A stretch of DNA of 64,000 nucleotides from Candidatus Aminicenantes bacterium (GTDB lineage: Bacteria > Acidobacteriota > Aminicenantia > Aminicenantales > Saccharicenantaceae): NCBI GenBank assembly GCA_041320535.1, contig JBGLNH010000001.1, positions 1,210,490-1,274,489 on the forward strand, read 5' to 3'. Every line of letters starts with the position of its first letter. The first letter of the stretch is position 1. Below, in pieces: positions 58,467 to 64,000 of the stretch. Both the position numbers and the translations under genes were made by a program. Below the pieces are notes generated by a model. It was given only the letters and a program-made list of their open reading frames with translations. It was not told the DNA's origin and searched no databases.

Positions 58467-58991
58467 CTAGCCCGTGACGCCGGTCCCGCCCGGGCCGGAA
58501 AGGATCTCCGCGTAGCTGCTGGTGACGAAGTCCGCCCGCTTGTACCCCAGGGCCCGGGCGAAGCGGACGATCTCGTGCCGTTCCCCCTCGAGCTCCAGGA
58601 AGTCGCCGGCCGCCGTCTCGTCGAGCGCGATCGTCAGGCGGGCCTTGCGGAAGACGGTCCGGCGCTTCACGTACGTGAAAGTCTCCTTCAGGCCCAGGGC
58701 CCGGAGGATCTTGCGGGCCTGGCGCGGGTCGCGGACCTGGGTCTCGAGCTCCTCGCGGACCTTGAAGGAGCGGGACTTCCGCGGCTCTCCCTTGAAGGTC
58801 AGCGTGGCCCGCCGGCCCGCCGTCCGCAGCCGCAGGGCCCGGCGGGCCTCGCGGAGGGCGCCCGAGGCGAAGTCGAACAGGACGTTCGTCTCGAGGTGGC
58901 GCTCCCGGGAGACCGCGGCGCCGAGCGCCAGGACCTTCTCGCGCGCGGCCTTGGCGTCCGCGACCCTGATCTTGACCTCGATCTCGGTCAT
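58467..58991 (-). CDS. CYTH-domain protein (class IV adenylate cyclase/triphosphatase-like)
   Basis: ATG at 58991 in the frame of ORF 58467..59972. MTEIEVKIRV (ExExK motif), RLR, and FKVREELE. Confidence 0.8.
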   Translation of the reverse strand: MTEIEVKIRVADAKAAREKVLALGAAVSRERHLETNVLFDFASGALREARRALRLRTAGRRATLTFKGEPRKSRSFKVREELETQVRDPRQARKILRALGLKETFTYVKRRTVFRKARLTIALDETAAGDFLELEGERHEIVRFARALGYKRADFVTSSYAEILSGPGGTGVTG

Positions 58992-58993
58992 CG

Positions 58994-59962
58994 CTATCTC
59001 TTCCTTGTCAGGCCGAACAGGGCCAGCCGGATGAGGGTCTCCCGGGTGGGCGACTCGGGGAAGGGGGTGATGGCCTCGAGGGTCCGTTCGGCGTATTCGC
59101 CGGCCCGGGCGCGGGCGTAGTCGAAGGCGTCCCCGCCGGCCAGGGCATCGATCAGCCCGCGCCTCTCGGCGGCCGAGATGTCCTTGCGGCCGACGAGGGC
59201 CTTGATCCGCTCCCGCCCCCCGCGCCTGTCCGTGCGCAGGGAACGGATGAGGGGCAGGGTGATCCGCCCCTCGGCGAGATCGGAAAGGACGGGCTTGCCG
59301 AGGACGGCCGGATCGCCGGCGAGGTCGAGAAGGTCGTCGACGATCTGGAAGGTCATGCCCAGGTTCAATCCGTAGGCGGCGACGGCCTCCTCCTCCTCGG
59401 GAGAGGCCAGGCCGAGGATGGCCCCGATGCGGCAGCAGGCCCCGAACAGGACGGCCGTCTTGCTCTCGACGATGTCCCTGTACTTCTCCTCGGTGATCCG
59501 GAGGTCGCCGGCCAGGGCGTATTCGTCGAGCTCGCCCTCGATCATCCGGGCCGAGACGTCGGCCAGGAGGCGGATGACCCGGTCGTGGCGCGACTGCAGG
59601 GACAGCCCGATCGACTTGATGTAGAGGTAGTCGCCGAGGAGGACCGTGATGTTCGGCCCCCACTTGGCGTGGACGGAGGCCTTGCCCCGGCGGACCCCGG
59701 CGTTGTCGACGATGTCGTCGTGGATGAGGCTGGCCGTGTGGAGGAGCTCGACGAGCGAGGCCAGGAAGACCGATTCCTCGCTCCCCGGGCTGAAGAGCCG
59801 GGAGGTCAGCAGGACGAGCGCCGGCCGGAGCCTTTTGCCCTTCTTGCGCAGGACGTAGCGGCTGATCTCCGCGGTCAGGGGGTTGGAGGAGCGCGACCAG
59901 GAGTCGAGCCTGTCCTCGACCCGGTCGAGGTCGCCGCGGATCTCCTTGTAGAGGGAGGACAT
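58994..59962 (-). CDS. polyprenyl diphosphate synthase (IspB-like)
   Basis: ATG at 59962 after RBS GGAAGGA. Two DDxxD motifs (LIHDDIVDN, FQIVDDLLD). Confidence 0.85.
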   Translation of the reverse strand: MSSLYKEIRGDLDRVEDRLDSWSRSSNPLTAEISRYVLRKKGKRLRPALVLLTSRLFSPGSEESVFLASLVELLHTASLIHDDIVDNAGVRRGKASVHAKWGPNITVLLGDYLYIKSIGLSLQSRHDRVIRLLADVSARMIEGELDEYALAGDLRITEEKYRDIVESKTAVLFGACCRIGAILGLASPEEEEAVAAYGLNLGMTFQIVDDLLDLAGDPAVLGKPVLSDLAEGRITLPLIRSLRTDRRGGRERIKALVGRKDISAAERRGLIDALAGGDAFDYARARAGEYAERTLEAITPFPESPTRETLIRLALFGLTRKR

Positions 59963-60032
59963 GTCCTTCCACCTGGGGATGGACGACCAGCGGTCGAGGA
60001 GCGGCGTCGGGGAGGTCATCGGCGGGCCGATT

Positions 60033-60830
60033 CTAACACTCGCCCCCGCCGTTTTCAAACGGGAACAGGCGGGCGAAGTTCCCCGTCGTCGCCTCCGCGA
60101 GGTCCTCGAGCGGCAGGCCCCTGATCCCGGCCAGGACCCGGGCCGTCTCGACGACGTAGGCGGGCTCGTTGCGGCGGCCCGAGCCCCGGTAGGGGACGGG
60201 GGCGAGATAGGGCGAGTCGGTCTCGACGAGGAGGCGGTCGAGAGGGACCTTGGCGGCGACCTCGCGCAGGTCCCCGGCCTTGGGGAAGGTCAGGATGCCC
60301 GAGAACGAGACGTGGAAGCCCCGGTCGAGCATGGCCTTGGCCGTCGCCCAGTCCTCGGTGAAGCAGTGAAGGATGCCGCCCCGGACGAAGCCCTCGCCGT
60401 CCACGGCGGCGACGATGTCGGGCCCCGACAAGCGGCTGTGCAGGATGACGGGCAGGCCGGCCTCGCCGGCCAGGGCCAGCTGGGCCCGGAGGGCCGGGCG
60501 CTGGGCGTCGGCCGGCGAGAAGCCGTAGTGGTAGTCGAGCCCGATCTCCCCCACGGCCCGGATGGACCCCGCGGCGGCCAGGGCCCGGAGACCGTCGAGA
60601 TGGGCCTGCACGAGGTCCTTGGCCTGGTGGGCGTGGACCCCGGCCGCGGCCAGGACGGTCGGGAAACCGGCGGCGAGGCGGGCGATGGCCGGCAGGCTCT
60701 CGGGGCGGGTCAGGTCGGCCGGGCAGAGGATGGCGACGACGCCGGCCGCGAAGGCCCGCCGGACCGTCTCCGGCCGGTCGGCGTCGAACTCGGCCATGTC
60801 GAGGTGGGCGTGGGAATCGACGAGGCGCAT
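60033..60830 (-). CDS. tatD: TatD-family metal-dependent hydrolase
   Basis: ATG at 60830 within the read-through ORF 60033..61457. Reads MRLVDSHAHLD.., GEIGLDYHY, HCF, ETDSPYL. Confidence 0.9.
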   Translation of the reverse strand: MRLVDSHAHLDMAEFDADRPETVRRAFAAGVVAILCPADLTRPESLPAIARLAAGFPTVLAAAGVHAHQAKDLVQAHLDGLRALAAAGSIRAVGEIGLDYHYGFSPADAQRPALRAQLALAGEAGLPVILHSRLSGPDIVAAVDGEGFVRGGILHCFTEDWATAKAMLDRGFHVSFSGILTFPKAGDLREVAAKVPLDRLLVETDSPYLAPVPYRGSGRRNEPAYVVETARVLAGIRGLPLEDLAEATTGNFARLFPFENGGGEC

Positions 60831-60843
60831 GGGAAAAAGGAAA

Positions 60844-60874
60844 GGGGACACGTACCGCGGCGGTACGTGTCCCC
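60844..60874. terminator. perfect 13-bp-stem hairpin GGGGACACGTACC-gcggc-GGTACGTGTCCCC (member of a local repeat family)
   Basis: Lies 9 nt after the stop of the DUF885-like fragment. On the minus strand it is followed by TTTCCTTTTTCCC. Confidence 0.65.
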
Positions 60875-60882
60875 GGACCCGC

Positions 60883-61017
60883 TTACTGTGCCATCTTGAT
60901 CTTGAGCGTGCGGAGCGGGATCGCGCCGTAGCTGAGGAGCTTCTGCAGGAAGTCCCGCTCGTTGAAGGCCTCGCCCTTGAGCTTGCGGGCGTCCTTCTCC
61001 ATGTCGAGGATCTCCCG
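60883..61017 (-). pseudogene. 3' stub (44 codons) of a DUF885-like gene
   Basis: Reads REILDMEKDARKLKGEAFNERDFLQKLLSYGAIPLRTLKIKMAQ*. Upstream of 61017 the frame becomes antisense pirin sequence. Confidence 0.5.
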
Positions 61018-61019
61018 CT

Positions 61020-61784
61020 AAGTACCTGCCCGGGTTCCCCTGGCACCCCCACCGCGGCATCGAGACGATCACCTACATGGTCCGCGGCACGGCCGAGCAC
61101 GGCGACAGCATGGGGAACAGCGGCGTCATCGGCCCCGGCGACGTCCAATGGATGACGGCCGGCGGCGGCGTCATCCACCAGGAGATGCCCAAGGGCGGGC
61201 CCGACGGCCGCATGGGCGGCTTCCAGCTCTGGGCCAACCTGCCCGCGTCCCAGAAGATGATGGCCCCTCGCTACCGCGACGTGAGGAAGGCGGACATTCC
61301 CGAGGTCGCCCTGCCCGGCGGCGTCACGGCCCGGGTCATCTGCGGCGAGGTCGGCAAGGCGCGCGGCCCGGTCCGGGACATCGTCATCGATCCCGGGTAC
61401 ATCGACGTCTCGATGCCGGCGCGGGCCGAGTTCGTCCACCCGACCAAGCCCGGCCACACGGTCATCGCCTACGTCTTCGAGGGCGAGGGCTGCTTCTCCG
61501 ACGAGCCCGGCCTGTCGTCCTACGACGTCGAGCCGGCCTCATACTTCGACCTCGAGCGAAGGCCGTTCCTCGGGGACGCCTCGGTCATCCTCTTCGGCGA
61601 CGGCACCCGGGTCAAGGTGACGACGACGGACTCCCCGCTCCGTTTCCTCCTCATCTCGGGCCGCCCCCTCGGCGAGCCGGTCGCCTGGCGCGGGCCCATC
61701 GTCATGAACACGCAGGAGGAGCTCCAGACGGCCTTCCGCGAGTACAGGGCGGGGACGTTCATCAAGCACCCGAAGGCGGGCTGA
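61020..61784 (+). CDS. pirin-family protein, lacking about its first 50 codons
   Basis: The frame of ORF 61077..61784 is open back to 61020 (KYLPGFPWHPHRGIETITYMVRGTAEHGDSMGN..MTAGGGVIHQE). No start codon or RBS. Confidence 0.85.
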   Translation, partial: KYLPGFPWHPHRGIETITYMVRGTAEHGDSMGNSGVIGPGDVQWMTAGGGVIHQEMPKGGPDGRMGGFQLWANLPASQKMMAPRYRDVRKADIPEVALPGGVTARVICGEVGKARGPVRDIVIDPGYIDVSMPARAEFVHPTKPGHTVIAYVFEGEGCFSDEPGLSSYDVEPASYFDLERRPFLGDASVILFGDGTRVKVTTTDSPLRFLLISGRPLGEPVAWRGPIVMNTQEELQTAFREYRAGTFIKHPKAG

Positions 61785-61801
61785 CCAAGTCGCCTGAGAA
61801 C

Positions 61802-61830
61802 GGGGACACGTACCCGAGGTACATGTCCCC
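61802..61830. repeat. GGGGACACGTACC-family hairpin, copy 2 (one stem mismatch)
   Basis: GGGGACACGTACC-cga-GGTACATGTCCCC, 18 nt after the pirin stop. Confidence 0.6.
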
Positions 61831-61886
61831 TTAAGAGGAACAGCCCCGTGCGGGGACAGCCCCATTAAAGCCCGAAGATCAAGAAC

Positions 61887-61915
61887 GGGGACACGTACCT
61901 TCGGCACAGGTCCCC
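61887..61915. repeat. GGGGACACGTACC-family hairpin, copy 3 (degenerate right arm)
   Basis: GGGGACACGTACC-ttc-GGCACAGGTCCCC followed by ATTCCTTTTATT. It shares the 18-nt left flank plus arm AGAACGGGGACACGTACC with copy 2. Confidence 0.5.
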
Positions 61916-61978
61916 ATTCCTTTTATTGCAAACGCCGGGCGAAACGGATAATCTGAGGGCCGAACCTGGAGGCCCGCC

Positions 61979-63238
61979 ATGCCGATGACCAGCCGCGAAC
62001 GCCTGGCCGCCGCTCTCAGCCACCGCCAGCCCGACCGCGTCCCCGTCGACTTCAACGGCACCGCCGTCACGGGCATGCACGTCAAGTGCGTCATCGGCCT
62101 CCGCGACCGCTACGGCCTGGAGAAGCGGCTGGTCAAGGTCCACGAGCCCTACCAGATGCTGGGCTGGATCGACGACGACCTCCAGACGGCCCTGGGCATC
62201 GACGTCGAGGGCGTCTACGGGCCCGACACGATGTTCGGCTACCGCAACGAGAACTGGCAGCCGTGGCGCATGGACGACGGGACCGAGGTCCTCATGTCGG
62301 GGAATTTCCGCACGACCAAGGACGCGAACGGCGACACGCTCGTCTACCCCGGCGGCGACCGGACCGCTCCGCCCTCGGGGCGCCTGCCCAAGAACGGCTT
62401 CTTCTTCGACACCATCGTCCGCCAGGGCCCCCTCGACGAGGACAAGCTCGATCCCGCCGACAACCTCCAGGAGTTCGGGCCGATCGCCGGGGAGGCCCTC
62501 GACCACTTCGAGCGCGAGAGCCGCCGGGCCGGGGCGACGGGGCGGGGCATCATCGCCAGCTTCGGCGGGACGGCGCTCGGCGACATCGCCCTGGTCCCCG
62601 GCCCCCAGCTCAAACATCCCAAAGGCGTCCGGGACATCGAGGAATGGTACGTCTCGACCCTGACCCGCCGTCCCTACGTCCACAAGGTCTTCGAGGGCCA
62701 GACCGAGCGCGCCCTCGAGAACCTCGAAAAGATCCACGCCCGGGTCGGCGACCAGGTCCAGGCCGCCTTCGTCTGCGGCACGGACTTCGGCACCCAGCGA
62801 TCGACCTTCTGCTCCGTGGCCGATTTCCGCGGGCTCTACATGCCCTACTACCGGCGGATCAACGGCTGGATCCACAAGAACACGGGCTGGAGATCGTTCA
62901 AGCACTCCTGCGGCGCGGTCTACAGCCTCATCCCGTCCTTCATCGAGAGCGGCTTCGACATCCTCAATCCCGTCCAGGTCTCGGCCGCGGGCATGGACGC
63001 CGCGCGCCTCAAACGCGAGTTCGGCCGCGACATCGTCTTCTGGGGCGGCGGCGTCGACACCCAGAAGACCCTGGCCTTCGGAACGCCGGACCAGGTCCGG
63101 GCCGAGGCGCTCGAGCGCTGCGAGATCTTCGGACGGGACGGCGGCTTCGTCTTCAACGCGGTCCACAACATCCAGGCCAACGTCCCGATCGCCAACATCG
63201 CGGCGATGTTCGACGCCCTTCGAGAGTTCAACGGATGA
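61979..63238 (+). CDS. uroporphyrinogen-decarboxylase-family protein (methyltransferase-like), long form
   Basis: 419 aa. N-terminal ..SRERLAAALSHRQPDRVPVDF.. and C-terminal ..GGFVFNAVHNIQANVP.. are typical of the URO-D/MtaA superfamily. Confidence 0.75.
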   Translation: MPMTSRERLAAALSHRQPDRVPVDFNGTAVTGMHVKCVIGLRDRYGLEKRLVKVHEPYQMLGWIDDDLQTALGIDVEGVYGPDTMFGYRNENWQPWRMDDGTEVLMSGNFRTTKDANGDTLVYPGGDRTAPPSGRLPKNGFFFDTIVRQGPLDEDKLDPADNLQEFGPIAGEALDHFERESRRAGATGRGIIASFGGTALGDIALVPGPQLKHPKGVRDIEEWYVSTLTRRPYVHKVFEGQTERALENLEKIHARVGDQVQAAFVCGTDFGTQRSTFCSVADFRGLYMPYYRRINGWIHKNTGWRSFKHSCGAVYSLIPSFIESGFDILNPVQVSAAGMDAARLKREFGRDIVFWGGGVDTQKTLAFGTPDQVRAEALERCEIFGRDGGFVFNAVHNIQANVPIANIAAMFDALREFNG

Positions 63239-64000
63239 GGAAAGCCGCCTGGTACGTCCTGTCCGTCACCCTGGTCGCCGCGATCGGCGGCCTGATCTTC
63301 GGCTTCGACACGGCCATCGTCGCCGGGGCGACCCGCTACATGAAGGAGCAATTCTCCCTCGACTCGCTCCAGGAGGGCTGGGCCGTGGCCGTCGTCCTCG
63401 TCGGCTGCATGTTCGGCGCGGGCCTGGCCGGGCCCATCAGCGACCGTATCGGCCGCCGGCGCTTCATGCTCGTCTCGGCCGTCCTCTTCCTCGTCTCGGC
63501 CGTGGGCTGCGCCCTGCCGCGGACGATCTCGGAGTTCATGGCCTTCCGGTTCGTCGGCGGGCTCGGCATCGGCTCGGCGGCCGTCCTCTCGCCGCTCTAC
63601 ATCGCCGAGATCGCGCCGGCCCGCGCCCGCGGGGCCCTGGTCTCGGTCAACCAGCTGGCCATCGTCACCGGCATCCTCCTGGCCTACTTCGTCAACTGGG
63701 CCTTCGCCGGGGCCGGCCCGGCCAACTGGCGCTGGATGTACGCCATGGGCGCCGTCCCGTCCGTCCTCTTCTTCCTGCTCCTGCTCGGCGTCCCCGAGAG
63801 CCCGCGCTGGCTGGTCAAGAACGGCCGCGAGGCCGAGGCCCGGACCGTCCTCACCCGGGCCGACAGCGCCGAGGCCGCGGCGGCCGGCATCCGCGACATC
63901 AAGGACGCCCTGGCCCGCGAGCAAGGCTCCTTCCGCGAGATCTTCCGGCCGGGCTTCCGGCGGCCCCTCCTCATCGCCGTCGCCCTGGCCGTCTTCCAGC
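63235..64000 (+). CDS. MFS sugar porter, N-terminal 255 codons (continues beyond the window end)
   Basis: ATG at 63235 overlaps the upstream stop (ATGA). Motifs GGLIFGFDTAIVAG, DRIGRRR and PESPRWL. Not in the ORF track because there is no stop. Confidence 0.85.
   Translation, partial: MRKAAWYVLSVTLVAAIGGLIFGFDTAIVAGATRYMKEQFSLDSLQEGWAVAVVLVGCMFGAGLAGPISDRIGRRRFMLVSAVLFLVSAVGCALPRTISEFMAFRFVGGLGIGSAAVLSPLYIAEIAPARARGALVSVNQLAIVTGILLAYFVNWAFAGAGPANWRWMYAMGAVPSVLFFLLLLGVPESPRWLVKNGREAEARTVLTRADSAEAAAAGIRDIKDALAREQGSFREIFRPGFRRPLLIAVALAVFQ

Overview
About 64 kb of very GC-rich DNA from a diderm bacterium (outer-membrane barrel, TonB domains, lipoproteins and a Tat signal are present). I support about 55 protein-coding regions, one tRNA (CAU anticodon), several sigma70-type promoters, one good sigma54 promoter, a few terminators and three small repeat families. 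I saw no rRNA, CRISPR array, IS or transposase, integrase, phage genes or recognisable defence genes.

Main caveat: the window is not colinear. At about nine positions (~942, 8130/8131, ~15262, ~22360, 29449-29514, ~36447, ~40320, ~54150, ~61018) a recognisable gene stops mid-domain and abuts another truncated gene, usually on the other strand. One junction is a 66-nt poly-C run. The spacing is quasi-regular at about 6.9-7.2 kb. This fits concatenated contigs or a chimeric assembly better than it fits biology, so I only infer operons within blocks.

The most interesting items within blocks are:
- an ECF sigma / anti-sigma / lipoprotein operon whose lipoprotein carries three tandem TonB C-terminal domains
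- a translationally coupled pair of an active and a ligand-less M14 peptidase
- a low-GC IPT/TIG surface-protein gene with a long leader, next to a novel 29-residue-repeat protein
- 119-bp diverged inverted repeats bracketing dnaG-rpoD
- a 58-bp perfect AT-rich palindrome
- a GGGGACACGTACC hairpin family
- a sigma54 promoter in front of a zinc-ribbon Ser/Thr kinase
- a MinD-like ATPase coupled to a J-like protein that lacks the HPD motif
- two corrinoid / URO-D-type methyltransferase modules

I found no clear-cut new multi-gene system. All family assignments come from motif recognition by eye, without database searches.
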